Below are positions 35,136-45,482 of a stretch of 64,000 nt of DNA, one piece after another (position 1 is the stretch's first letter; every line of letters begins with the position of its first letter). This DNA comes from a virus. The stretch lies in the IMG/VR virus record IMGVR_UViG_3300032282_004151, positions 8,317 through 72,316 of that record; one strand, given 5' to 3'. Made by a program: the position numbers and the translations under genes. Below the pieces are notes generated by a model. It saw nothing but the letters and a program-made list of their open reading frames with translations. It searched no databases and was not told the origin of the DNA.

Positions 35136-37661
35136 ATGTCAAATCAGAAAACAACCGAACTTAGGCGCTTAGTATTGGGTGATTTGGTGCCCGGTGATCT
35201 AATACCAATAGTAGACGTAAGTGCCAGCACGAGTCCAACTGGAGAAACCAAGGCGGTTACTGCGGCTACGTTTGCGCAATACATAATTTCGGGTGGATTT
35301 CTTGAAATGTATTCTCCGGTGTTTCCACACCAAACGGCAAATGGATTGGCATTCGACGAGTCCATCACTCCAGCCGATGCTCCATATGAACAAGAAAATT
35401 GGAGATGCTATACAGAGTTTCCTTCAATCGGAACCGAATTCAGTTTGGCAGTCAGAGCATTTGTACCATCTTCATTCAATGCAGCGCCAACAGAGAAAGT
35501 ATTGATCGGTGTTGGTACGGATTTGAATGACATTACTGGATCTGCACAGTGTGCATATATTGGTGTCCAATCATATGATTTGATTGGATTTACCAACGAT
35601 GGTACAAACACAAAATTGATTGTGTTTCCAGATTATTTTTTGGATTTTCCAAATAGGGCATTTGAAACAATAATGACAAGAGATGCGGCTGGAACATTGA
35701 CACTGTTCTTGAATAGCACCGCAGTTGGTACACTAAGCGGTCCAATCACAGCAATTACCAGTTCATATTTGGTATTGGGAAATGGAAGTGCATATTACAA
35801 CAATCTTGCATGCACTATTTATGAGGCACATGTTTATACAGCATCTCTGAGCGAAGCTCAAGTTAATCAAATATTCTACGGAGGTACAAAAAATTCAGGA
35901 GATGGATTATTTGCTTCATATAAATCCATTAATCTAAATCCCGGCCCAACACAGTGGCTAGACTCGGTTGGAAATCATCATTTGTTGCTTCCTATCACTG
36001 GAGCATATGCTACAAATCCAGACAAGGAATTCAGTTTAAGATTTCATAGCGATGGATCGTCATCGTACCTTGGAAATGGAACCAAGAGAGATGTTCTACC
36101 AGAAAATTATGTATTGACCGATGCATTTGTATATTCGACTGGCTCTCCATTGCTTTCTATTGGATCCTCTGCATCGGTAGCAGGACCGGGAGAAAGTGCA
36201 ATAGACTCTTGGAACAATAACAGAGTTCCATTGACATACGCACAATACAGCAGAAACAATCTTCCGTTAATTGACTTAGGTGTGGCACACAAAGACAGAA
36301 GTATTTATGTGTTTTATAGCGCAAGTGCAGCACCATGCACATTTAGCTTTGAAGGGTATGTATCGGAATATGGTCCAGTGTATTATATCCCACCATCCCA
36401 AACACCTACACCTACTCCAACGCCAACGATTACACCTTCGACGACTATAACTCCAACTCCATCAATTACGCCGACGAATACATCGACTCCAACGGTGACA
36501 CCAACGATAACTCAGACTCCTACCGTAACTCCTACACCGGGTCTAAGTCCTACGGCGACACCAACAATAACACCAACGAGAACACCAACGGTAACTCCTA
36601 CTCGCACGACTGGTCTACCTCCAGTTAGCCCATCCGTAACTCCAACACGTACAGCAACTCCTACACCTACATCTCCTACATATACAGTGCAGGCTAACAA
36701 CAATACTGGAGGAAGTTCTGTATGCTTTAATGGTAACTGCAGTGGAACTCCAATCGCCGGAGTATTGGCGGGAACATATTCATTGGTGGCAACTCCTCTT
36801 AGCGGATATGGATTTACGAGTTGGACAATAAACAGCGGAACTCCAACAATTGCCAATATCGATAGTGCAAATACAACAATAACAATAAATGGATCGACGA
36901 CTGTAACTGCTAACTTCACAAACACAACATATTCAGTAACATTGAATGTTGGGGCCGGAGGATCCGCGCTTACCGTCAGTGGAATAGGGTCTGCACCGGG
37001 AACATATACGGGCATATTGCCGGGATCATATAACTTGGGATCAACAGCTGCGCCGGGATATGAATTTGTAAGCTATAATGTCACCGGTGGGTCAACAAAT
37101 ACTCCAATACAAGCTACGGTGCTCAATGTAACTGGTAATTGCACAGTAACAGGCGTGTGGAGTCTAATACCTTCTCCGTCTCCTACGCAAACACCTACAG
37201 TAACACCTACAGTAACACCGACACCAACAACTCCAACATATAAGATCAATGTAATCAATGGCGATGGTGGTTCGAGCGCATGTTTTGATTTGCACTGCGA
37301 TCCGAGCGATTATTACGCAACGGCAGGAACTCATACGCTATCCGCAACTCCGCTTTCCGGATTTACATTTAGCAGTTGGTCTGGACCGGGAGTGCAAAAT
37401 CCATCAAGCGCAACATCAAATGTGTCGGTGACTGGTACTGCAACATATACAGCGAACTTTGATCCAATATGCTATAGTGTAAGTATTTACTATGATGTAA
37501 ACGGCCAAGCCGCATTGTCGGGTGAAAATTGCGCTGGAAGTGATGTATCATTTGATACCGGAACGGGTGCGGGCATCGAAGGTGAATTGCATGGCACCTA
37601 CTGTCTAAGGGATGGATTTAATATCATTCACGGAACATTCAGCAACTTAGGCAGTTGCTAA
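35136..37661 (+). CDS. large virion fibre/appendage protein (LamG-like domain, Thr-Pro repeats, InlB-B-like repeats)
   Basis: long PT/PTVT tract; ATPLSGY.F.SW repeats. Confidence 0.8.
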   Translation: MSNQKTTELRRLVLGDLVPGDLIPIVDVSASTSPTGETKAVTAATFAQYIISGGFLEMYSPVFPHQTANGLAFDESITPADAPYEQENWRCYTEFPSIGTEFSLAVRAFVPSSFNAAPTEKVLIGVGTDLNDITGSAQCAYIGVQSYDLIGFTNDGTNTKLIVFPDYFLDFPNRAFETIMTRDAAGTLTLFLNSTAVGTLSGPITAITSSYLVLGNGSAYYNNLACTIYEAHVYTASLSEAQVNQIFYGGTKNSGDGLFASYKSINLNPGPTQWLDSVGNHHLLLPITGAYATNPDKEFSLRFHSDGSSSYLGNGTKRDVLPENYVLTDAFVYSTGSPLLSIGSSASVAGPGESAIDSWNNNRVPLTYAQYSRNNLPLIDLGVAHKDRSIYVFYSASAAPCTFSFEGYVSEYGPVYYIPPSQTPTPTPTPTITPSTTITPTPSITPTNTSTPTVTPTITQTPTVTPTPGLSPTATPTITPTRTPTVTPTRTTGLPPVSPSVTPTRTATPTPTSPTYTVQANNNTGGSSVCFNGNCSGTPIAGVLAGTYSLVATPLSGYGFTSWTINSGTPTIANIDSANTTITINGSTTVTANFTNTTYSVTLNVGAGGSALTVSGIGSAPGTYTGILPGSYNLGSTAAPGYEFVSYNVTGGSTNTPIQATVLNVTGNCTVTGVWSLIPSPSPTQTPTVTPTVTPTPTTPTYKINVINGDGGSSACFDLHCDPSDYYATAGTHTLSATPLSGFTFSSWSGPGVQNPSSATSNVSVTGTATYTANFDPICYSVSIYYDVNGQAALSGENCAGSDVSFDTGTGAGIEGELHGTYCLRDGFNIIHGTFSNLGSC

Positions 37662-37677
37662 AAGGTTCCTACATATT

Positions 37678-37953
37678 ATGATTAACAACCAAATAATATT
37701 TTCTGGCTCAAAGGCAGATACAATTCAGTATCTTAATACCAATTTTTCGTTATTAACCAATAAACCAAACAATCCAAACGTCGGAGATAGATGGATATTG
37801 GAAAACGAAAAAGGTCAGCCCGGCGCATTTTCTTGGTCTGAGCAATTGAATAGTCTCAATTTGTCCGGATCAATAAGAAATTTAGTTTATAAAGAGTGCA
37901 TAGCTCCAAATGTGTCGTCATCACTTTGGATTAAAGTAAAACTCACAGAATAA
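37678..37953 (+). CDS. hypothetical protein
   Basis: ORF. Confidence 0.6.
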   Translation: MINNQIIFSGSKADTIQYLNTNFSLLTNKPNNPNVGDRWILENEKGQPGAFSWSEQLNSLNLSGSIRNLVYKECIAPNVSSSLWIKVKLTE

Positions 37954-38015
37954 TATAATTAAAATATTTATTATAACTTGTATATATATGATATAAATCT
38001 ATAATACAAAGTTAT

Positions 38016-39320
38016 ATGAATAATAATGGTTATATCTTCATTCAAATTGCGGCATACCGCGATCCTCAATTGGTGCCAACAGTCAAGGACTGTATAGCTA
38101 AGGCAAAAAATCCAGATAAGTTGGTATTTTGCATTGCATGGCAACACTCGCCAGACGAAAACATCGACGAGATCAAAAGTTTGCCAAACGTGAAGATAAT
38201 TGACATTCCATATTTGGAAAGCAAAGGCGCATGTTGGGCGCGCAATCAAATTCAGCAAAGATATGATGGTGAAGAATATACTCTTCAACTAGACTCACAT
38301 CATAGATTTGTTGAAAATTGGGATGAGCTTGTGATTGGAATGTATAAGCAGCTGCAAGATATGGGACACAAGAAACCATTGCTGACTGGTTACATTCCAT
38401 CATTTGATCCAGACAATGACCCTGCTGGCAGAACACAATCGCCGTGGAGAATGGACTTTGATAGATTTATTCCAGAAGGTGCTGTATTTTTCTTACCCGC
38501 TACGATTGATGATTGGAAACAAAGAGATTGCCCAGTAACTTCTCGTTTTTATTCCGCGCATTTCTGTTTTACTTCTGGCCAATTCTGTTTGGAAGTTCCA
38601 CACGATCCTGAATATTATTTTCACGGCGAGGAAATCAGCATCGCGGTTCGCGCATATACACATGGGTATGATCTATTTCATCCACACCGTATTATTGCAT
38701 GGCATGAATATACACGCAAAGGCAGAACCAAGCATTGGGATGATCACAGTGGATCAAACAAAGACAAGATTTCGGACAAAAAGGATTGGGGAGAGAGAAA
38801 TTCTCAATGTCATAAGAGGAATAGAATATTGTTCTCTATGGACGGAGAGGATTATAACACAATAGAGTGGGGCAAATATGGATTTGGCAAAGAGAGAACG
38901 TTGAGAGATTATGAGAAATATGCAGGACTTCATTTCAAGAAGCGTGCAGTGCAACAAGAAACATTAGACAAGAAATACCCACCGAACAACTTTGTTAAAT
39001 ATGAGACAGAAGAAGAGTGGGAAAAATCATTCACTTCGGTTTTCAAGCATTGCATTGATTTGCAACTATCTCAATTCCCGCACGATGATTATACTTTTTG
39101 GTGTGTTGCATTTGAACGTCAAGATGGCAGCTTAATGCACCGCAAGGACGCGGATAAAAATGAAATACAAAGAATTTTGGGAGAAGCTCGCAATCCGAAC
39201 GGAGACAAATATATCAAGCTGTGGAGAGAGTTCAATTGTGAAGGCAAACCGCATCATTGGGTCGTATGGCCACACAGCGAGTCCAAAGGTTGGTGTGAAA
39301 GAATTACTGGAAATTTATAA
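38016..39320 (+). CDS. GT60-like polypeptide GlcNAc transferase (Pfam GlcNAc family)
   Basis: IFIQIAAYRD, SKGACWAR, LQLDSHHRF, F.GEEI..R.YTHG.D. Confidence 0.85.
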   Translation: MNNNGYIFIQIAAYRDPQLVPTVKDCIAKAKNPDKLVFCIAWQHSPDENIDEIKSLPNVKIIDIPYLESKGACWARNQIQQRYDGEEYTLQLDSHHRFVENWDELVIGMYKQLQDMGHKKPLLTGYIPSFDPDNDPAGRTQSPWRMDFDRFIPEGAVFFLPATIDDWKQRDCPVTSRFYSAHFCFTSGQFCLEVPHDPEYYFHGEEISIAVRAYTHGYDLFHPHRIIAWHEYTRKGRTKHWDDHSGSNKDKISDKKDWGERNSQCHKRNRILFSMDGEDYNTIEWGKYGFGKERTLRDYEKYAGLHFKKRAVQQETLDKKYPPNNFVKYETEEEWEKSFTSVFKHCIDLQLSQFPHDDYTFWCVAFERQDGSLMHRKDADKNEIQRILGEARNPNGDKYIKLWREFNCEGKPHHWVVWPHSESKGWCERITGNL

Positions 39321-40184
39321 ATGAATATCAAGGTATCTTTTCAAAAAGAAAATAGCGATTGGAGTCAACCGCATGTATATTGGAAATTTTTCCAATGGTT
39401 TGAGCGCGAATATTCCAAATTTAATATTCAATTTGAAGATACCTCAAATGCATCAAACAAGGATCCCGGGGGACCAAACTCTCCGCACATAATAACAATC
39501 AGAAATTTAGATACAAAAAAATATATCGTGGTTTCGTATTGGGATAGATGTTTTGATTTTGTAAACCCGCCGTGGGATCATGAAAATCTAGTTGAAATCA
39601 TAACGTCGATGTCGATAGACAAGTCTAAAAACATAGAAAAAAAGGTGTCACCTTTTTCGTATCTAATGTGGTTAAAAAGCGGAGAGATGCGGGCATTCAT
39701 ACGCCACAAGGAATTTGTAAGTAAGCAAAATAATGATTTGTTCTTTAGGGGACTTGTGTATGGATTTAGAAAAGAATTGATGGCGATTGCCAAGAACAAT
39801 ATCACCGAAGAAAAAATTGATATTGATGATTACTTCAAAGAATTATCAAACAACAAAATATGTTTGAGCTTGAATGGTGCGGGAGAAATATGCCACAGAG
39901 ACATGGAAATATTGGCTGTGGGATCCGTTCTTTTTCGCCCAATATTAGAACCATGTTTTCACTCTCCATTGATAGAAGGTGTGCATTATATTGGATTTGA
40001 AAAATCAAATGATCCAAAGACTCAGTGGGAAATAATCACTAGAAAATTCAATCAAATTAAACATAATGATGATTATTTGAAATTCATTGCGAATAATGGA
40101 TATAAATGGTATCTGGAAAATGGCACAATAGAAAACAATGTCGAGATATTGAAAAAAATTGTAAATCCAAGTGTGTTGTTATAA
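39321..40184 (+). CDS. glycosyltransferase (GT-B-like)
   Basis: LFFRG; CLSLNGAGEICHRDMEIL; IANNG. Confidence 0.75.
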   Translation: MNIKVSFQKENSDWSQPHVYWKFFQWFEREYSKFNIQFEDTSNASNKDPGGPNSPHIITIRNLDTKKYIVVSYWDRCFDFVNPPWDHENLVEIITSMSIDKSKNIEKKVSPFSYLMWLKSGEMRAFIRHKEFVSKQNNDLFFRGLVYGFRKELMAIAKNNITEEKIDIDDYFKELSNNKICLSLNGAGEICHRDMEILAVGSVLFRPILEPCFHSPLIEGVHYIGFEKSNDPKTQWEIITRKFNQIKHNDDYLKFIANNGYKWYLENGTIENNVEILKKIVNPSVLL

Positions 40185-41122
40185 TGACCAAAATAAGAGT
40201 ACATAACCCATGCAATGCTCATACCAGATATTACAGGTGTTATAATCTGTTTTGGGACAAGTTTACGGACCATCTTAAAACGGTATTTGATGTAGATGAA
40301 AACAGATACTTCGAGTATGCGCACATGCACAGGTTTCCAGTGAAGTTGCAAAAAGGCACAACTGATAATTTTTTGCTGATGGAGTGTGAGTATGTTGTTG
40401 AAAATTTGGACACTGGTGAGTTTGTGGTTTTGTCGGTATCTGACGATTTGAGTCACGCCACTATAAATGAAAAACACAATCCATACCTCAAAAAGGTATT
40501 AATTTCTCAATTTTTGCCAAAAAAGATATCCGATCACGTCGGTGATTTTTTGTACAAATATTCTCCTTGGACATATTTCCAATCATCCATTGAAGATTTG
40601 GAGCCTTATTACAAAAAAAGATTGGAAATGGATCCATCAATTGATACTATATATTTCAGAGGCACTTCCTTGGAAGATAGAAAGATAATTCATTATATAG
40701 ATAAAAACATCATCACTAATTTCAACCCAATCGTACCAGACCAATATTTCAATGAGATGATAAACCACAAGGTTGCATTATCTGTGGATGGCAGGGGAGA
40801 ATTTTGTTATAGGGATATCGAATGTCTGGCAATCGGAATTCCCATGCTAAGATTTGAGTATGCCAGCAAATTTTATAATGAACTTGTTCCAAACTATCAT
40901 TATATATCAATACCAAGACCGTCAGATATGGGCTTATATAGACTTGGAAATGAAAGGCACGCGAAAATTTTGGAAAACCGATACGGAGAAGTAATAAACG
41001 ACAAAGAATTTTTGAAGTTTATTGCGAAGAATGGTAGAAAATACTACGAGGAAAACTGCGAGATGAACCAAGTCATAAAGAATACTTTTAAACTTTTAAA
41101 CCTAGATTTTTGGATAAAATAA
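40184..41122 (+). CDS. glycosyltransferase (paralog of the upstream gene)
   Basis: YFRG; LSVDGRGEFCYRDIECL; IAKNG. Confidence 0.75.
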   Translation: MTKIRVHNPCNAHTRYYRCYNLFWDKFTDHLKTVFDVDENRYFEYAHMHRFPVKLQKGTTDNFLLMECEYVVENLDTGEFVVLSVSDDLSHATINEKHNPYLKKVLISQFLPKKISDHVGDFLYKYSPWTYFQSSIEDLEPYYKKRLEMDPSIDTIYFRGTSLEDRKIIHYIDKNIITNFNPIVPDQYFNEMINHKVALSVDGRGEFCYRDIECLAIGIPMLRFEYASKFYNELVPNYHYISIPRPSDMGLYRLGNERHAKILENRYGEVINDKEFLKFIAKNGRKYYEENCEMNQVIKNTFKLLNLDFWIK

Positions 41123-41123
41123 T

Positions 41124-42275
41124 ATGAAAATGTCAATTGGAGATGTGGTGGATAGATATTCAATTTGCAGACTAAAGCGAGAACGCCTCGGTTTGGATAA
41201 TGAAAAAGAAATCAATGAATTGAAAAATGAGATGGGCAAATATCAGGGCATTGACTCATATGTAGAAAAGTTGTATACAGTTAATGGTAATATATGGGAT
41301 TTGGAATCCGACATTAGAAAAGAAAAAGAGGCTACTTTAGGACTGGAAGAAGTTGGAAGACGTGCCATAAAAATAAGGGAATTGAATAATATAAGAGTTG
41401 GATATAAGAACGAAATCAATTCAATATATAAAGAAGGATTTATAGAAATAAAATTAAATCACGGCAGCGCAAAAGATCCTTCGTTGGTCATTTCATTGAC
41501 TACGGTACCAGAGCGATTGGCGAACCCAAATCAAGATGGGCTTTTTAAAGTCATAGAAAGACTATGTGAACAAAACGACCAAGACTATGAAGTACATTTT
41601 AATATACCATATGTGTATAGTGTAACAAAAGAGCCGTATATTATTCCAGATTGGTTGGAAAATTTTAAATTGAAGTATCGCCACTTGAAAGTTTTTAGAA
41701 CAGAAGATTTTGGTCCACCAACAAAGTTTGTCCCAACTCTCAAGAGATTATCAAACCCAGAAACAATAATGCTCGTCGTTGATGACGACATGATTTATTA
41801 CAAAGAAATGGTTTCTGAACACAGGAAGTATCAGGCTCAGTTTACAGACTCGGTGATATGTTACGAAGGCAGAGGATGCAAAAAAATGCTACACGAGGGA
41901 GACATACGAGATCATTGGATAATTTGTGTCACTCAAGTCAGAGAAGTGTCGGCACTGCAGCATTATAAATCCGCATCATACAAAAAGAAATTATTTACTC
42001 CTACATTTGATGAATTGTATTTGGGAAAAACCTTTTCCGACGACGTATTGGTTAGCAGATATTTTTCAGACAACGGAATAAAATTATATGTTGTTCCGTA
42101 TGAACCTCACATTCATCTGTTTGATACCAGAGAAAACTGGGATAAAAATCAGGGAGTTACCACCTTTCCAATAGAAAAATACTCACACAGTATTGAAGGA
42201 ACTGGATGCCAAAAGCCAGAAATGTTAAAGATACAACCCCGTTTCTATGAAGCCCCCGATCTTGGAAAAAAATAA
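41124..42275 (+). CDS. helical N-domain fused to GT-A glycosyltransferase
   Basis: ISLTTVPER; DFGPPTK; VDDD; SDD. Confidence 0.75.
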   Translation: MKMSIGDVVDRYSICRLKRERLGLDNEKEINELKNEMGKYQGIDSYVEKLYTVNGNIWDLESDIRKEKEATLGLEEVGRRAIKIRELNNIRVGYKNEINSIYKEGFIEIKLNHGSAKDPSLVISLTTVPERLANPNQDGLFKVIERLCEQNDQDYEVHFNIPYVYSVTKEPYIIPDWLENFKLKYRHLKVFRTEDFGPPTKFVPTLKRLSNPETIMLVVDDDMIYYKEMVSEHRKYQAQFTDSVICYEGRGCKKMLHEGDIRDHWIICVTQVREVSALQHYKSASYKKKLFTPTFDELYLGKTFSDDVLVSRYFSDNGIKLYVVPYEPHIHLFDTRENWDKNQGVTTFPIEKYSHSIEGTGCQKPEMLKIQPRFYEAPDLGKK

Positions 42276-42276
42276 T

Positions 42277-42966
42277 ATGAATTATATACAATATTGGGAT
42301 GAGAACATAGTGCAGGGGCATGTAAATTCGGAAATAGCTGTCGTTTTAGATTATCTGCACAAAAACAAAAAGTTAAAAATAAATTACATTGATATTGGAG
42401 CGAATGTTGGCAAATATTATGATGTAATTTCCCAGTCTGGAATATCCGTTGAAAAGTGTATTATGGTTGAAGCTTCCGTGGAGCTATACAGTTACATGAA
42501 AAATAAGTTTAAAAATATACAAGGATGTAAGATAATCAATCACGCCGTGTCAGATAAAGATGGTACTATTAGATTTGAGTCGAATATAAATCAAATATAT
42601 GCAAACAAGGAGCTTAACCGTTCTATAAATCTAGGAGTGCAGAAAATAACCAATTCAGATAGTGGTGTGGATACTAACATGATTTCGGGAGAAAGTTTAC
42701 TTACAAAGTTTGTAGATTTTATAAATGAAATTGATTTAATTAAAATTGACACGGAAAATAGAGATTATAACATACTAGACTCTATGACAAATGTCATACA
42801 AAATTTAAATACAAAACCATTCATTGTATTGGAGCACAATTATCATAATGATATGAGCGAAGAGAATGCACGAAGAATATACGAGACATTCATCCATAAA
42901 TGCAAATATACAGGACTTCCGTTTGACCAATTGCATGGAGTGGTATACTTGACTCCCCAAATTTAA
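42277..42966 (+). CDS. FkbM family methyltransferase
   Basis: IDIGANVG; AVSD; IKIDTE. Confidence 0.88.
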   Translation: MNYIQYWDENIVQGHVNSEIAVVLDYLHKNKKLKINYIDIGANVGKYYDVISQSGISVEKCIMVEASVELYSYMKNKFKNIQGCKIINHAVSDKDGTIRFESNINQIYANKELNRSINLGVQKITNSDSGVDTNMISGESLLTKFVDFINEIDLIKIDTENRDYNILDSMTNVIQNLNTKPFIVLEHNYHNDMSEENARRIYETFIHKCKYTGLPFDQLHGVVYLTPQI

Positions 42967-42973
42967 AAATTAT

Positions 42974-44668
42974 ATGCATAATACAACATTGGTTACTGGC
43001 CTTTTTGATTTGAAGCGAGGTGAGATGGATACGTCATTTAAGCGTCCATTTTCACAGTATTTGGTGCATTTTGAGAAATTGCTCAAGGCTTGCAAAGACA
43101 CTCCGATGATCGTGTTTATTGACAAAGAACATGAAGCTTTTGTTCAAAAAGCAAGAGAAGGATCTGTTGGAACAGATATACGCTTCAAGTCCGCGAATGA
43201 TTTCAGAACATGGTTCTCATTCTTTGACAAAGTAAACAATATCAGACAGAATTCAGAATGGTATAATCAAGTTGGGTGGTTATCAGAGTCTACACAAGCA
43301 AAGTTGGAGCTATATAATCCGTTGGTCATGAGCAAGATGTTCATGCTCAATGATGCGTGCATATTCAATCCATTTGACACAGATCATTTTTGTTGGATAG
43401 ATGCAGGACTTACCCAAACTGTGCATTCTGGTTACTTTAGCCATGATAATGTAATCGAAAAGATGGAACCTTTGCTTAAGAAGTTTCTATTCGTGTGCTA
43501 TCCATATGAAACCAATTCCGAAATACATGGGTTCAAGATAGAAGGTATGAACAAATATGCCAATGCAAAAGTCAATAGGGTTGCAAGAGGTGGATTTTTC
43601 GGAGGACATAAGAACGTCATATCTCAAATAAATTCAGCATATTATTCACTGTTGGATCAGACATTAAACGAGGGATATATGGGAACGGAGGAGAGCATAT
43701 TTTCACTACTCACTTATCAAAAGCCAGAGTTGGTAAATATTGAAATGATAAATGGCGATGGGTTGATGGGAACATTCTTTGAGCGCATGAAAAACATGCC
43801 AGTTCCAAAGAAGGAAATTGCAATATCAAAATCGCAAGTTCCAGACTCTGTGGAATATTTTCAAAGTGAAGAAGAAGTTGAAATGAACCGTTCTGGGAAA
43901 AAAACATATCTTTATATTGTCACGTTCAACTTTCCACAACAACTTCAACTGTTATTGGATACAATTCAATCTTCAAACCCAGAATTGCTGAACGTTGAAA
44001 GAAAGATACTCATAGACAACAGTATCGATACATCAACAGTTCCACAATATGATGAAATTGCAAAAAAGTACAATTTTGAGATTGTTCGCAAAGGTAATCT
44101 CGGAGTGTGCGGTGCAAGACAATGGGCAGCTGAACATTTTCATGAAAATGGTGGAAAATATATGGTTTGGTTTGAGGACGACATGCTTATGGTGGACAAT
44201 GTATCACTGTGCAAAAATGGATTGAATATGCATATGGACAATTGGTTGAGCAAATGCAAAAAGATCATCGAGCATGAAAATTTGGACTTCATCAAAATCT
44301 CATTCAGCGAATTCTATGGGGACCACCACAAGCAATGGTCGTGGCATAATGTACCAGAGCATATCAGAAAGAAGTATTTTCCAGACGGAACTCATCGCAT
44401 GCGTTGGAAAGAGTCTGGCTGCATTGATGGGTTAAGTTATTTGATAGGAGAAGTGTATTATAGCAATTGGCCGTCGGTGATGACAAGGGCAGGAAATTAC
44501 AAGATATTCTTGGAAACAAAATATGCTTCCCCGTTTGAGCAGACAATAATGTCCCATTGCTATCAATTACAGAAGAACGGCAGAATTCGTAGTGGTGTAT
44601 TGATGGCCAGTTTGGTCAATCACAATCGAGTTCATCATTATTCAAGAGAAATAAGAAAAGAAGTTTAA
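42974..44668 (+). CDS. HtrL/YibB-like domain fused to GT2-like domain
   Basis: TLVTGLFDL, NPFDTDHFCWIDAG, GGFFGG; C-terminal FEDD. Confidence 0.8.
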   Translation: MHNTTLVTGLFDLKRGEMDTSFKRPFSQYLVHFEKLLKACKDTPMIVFIDKEHEAFVQKAREGSVGTDIRFKSANDFRTWFSFFDKVNNIRQNSEWYNQVGWLSESTQAKLELYNPLVMSKMFMLNDACIFNPFDTDHFCWIDAGLTQTVHSGYFSHDNVIEKMEPLLKKFLFVCYPYETNSEIHGFKIEGMNKYANAKVNRVARGGFFGGHKNVISQINSAYYSLLDQTLNEGYMGTEESIFSLLTYQKPELVNIEMINGDGLMGTFFERMKNMPVPKKEIAISKSQVPDSVEYFQSEEEVEMNRSGKKTYLYIVTFNFPQQLQLLLDTIQSSNPELLNVERKILIDNSIDTSTVPQYDEIAKKYNFEIVRKGNLGVCGARQWAAEHFHENGGKYMVWFEDDMLMVDNVSLCKNGLNMHMDNWLSKCKKIIEHENLDFIKISFSEFYGDHHKQWSWHNVPEHIRKKYFPDGTHRMRWKESGCIDGLSYLIGEVYYSNWPSVMTRAGNYKIFLETKYASPFEQTIMSHCYQLQKNGRIRSGVLMASLVNHNRVHHYSREIRKEV

Positions 44669-44865
44669 ATATTATTTCTCATAGAGATAAAAAGACTCTC
44701 TATGAGCCAAGCGGACCCCCTGCGTGTGACAAATGGGCACCTTAATCGGTGCCCATTTCGTTTACCTCATAGGAGAAATACGGAAAATCGTACTGGCACG
44801 AAATGTGATATAGTGTATATGTCGGTGTCCATAATGGAGCCGATTTAAATAAAGGATACAAATAT

Positions 44866-45315
44866 ATGAGTACACTAACAAGATACACTCGGGATGAGTT
44901 TCTCACCCCATTCGATAAACTGTTCGATGAAGTTTTCAACAACTTCGGAGTAACACCGTATGGAGGCTCTTATGGTAAGTTGAGCTATCCAAAGGTAGAT
45001 GTCATAGAATATGAAGATCGACTTGTATTAGAAGCAGACGTTGCTGGACTAGCCAAGGAAGATGTAAGCGTTGAACTGGAAGGTGATACTCTCACCATTC
45101 GTGGCGGAAAGAAGCCAGCTTCCACCGAAGCAGATAGCAAGGCGCGTTATGTTTACAGAGAAATCAAACGTTCAAGTTTTGTTCGCTCTTTTGCCATTGG
45201 CGAAGGAGTTGACAAGAGCAAGATCAAAGTCGATTTTATAAACGGAACAATCAAGATTGTTTTGCCTCGCGTGAAACCCGAAGAGCAAAAGCCACAAAAA
45301 GTCAAACTCCTATAA
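44866..45315 (+). CDS. small heat shock protein (Hsp20)
   Basis: PKVDVIE..AGL.KED..LTIRG..F.RSF..NG. Confidence 0.93.
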   Translation: MSTLTRYTRDEFLTPFDKLFDEVFNNFGVTPYGGSYGKLSYPKVDVIEYEDRLVLEADVAGLAKEDVSVELEGDTLTIRGGKKPASTEADSKARYVYREIKRSSFVRSFAIGEGVDKSKIKVDFINGTIKIVLPRVKPEEQKPQKVKLL

Positions 45316-45429
45316 GATAAAGTTTGACAATCAACGAACCTTCATACAGTATATTGATTGAAAAGGTTATATAAGTTGTCAATTTCTATAAATTGACTGG
45401 TGGAGGGTGGTTTCCGATCATCCCTGACA

Positions 45430-45458
45430 GCCCCACAGAAATGTGGGGTTGTTTTTTT
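45430..45458 (+). terminator. intrinsic terminator
   Basis: CCCCACA-GAAA-TGTGGGG plus T tract. Confidence 0.75.
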
Positions 45459-45482
45459 AATATATACAGATATTTATATAAT

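Noticed and set aside
35136-37661. Diversity-generating retroelement target
   Set aside because: No reverse transcriptase and no TR/VR repeat pair with adenine-specific mismatches were seen in the window.
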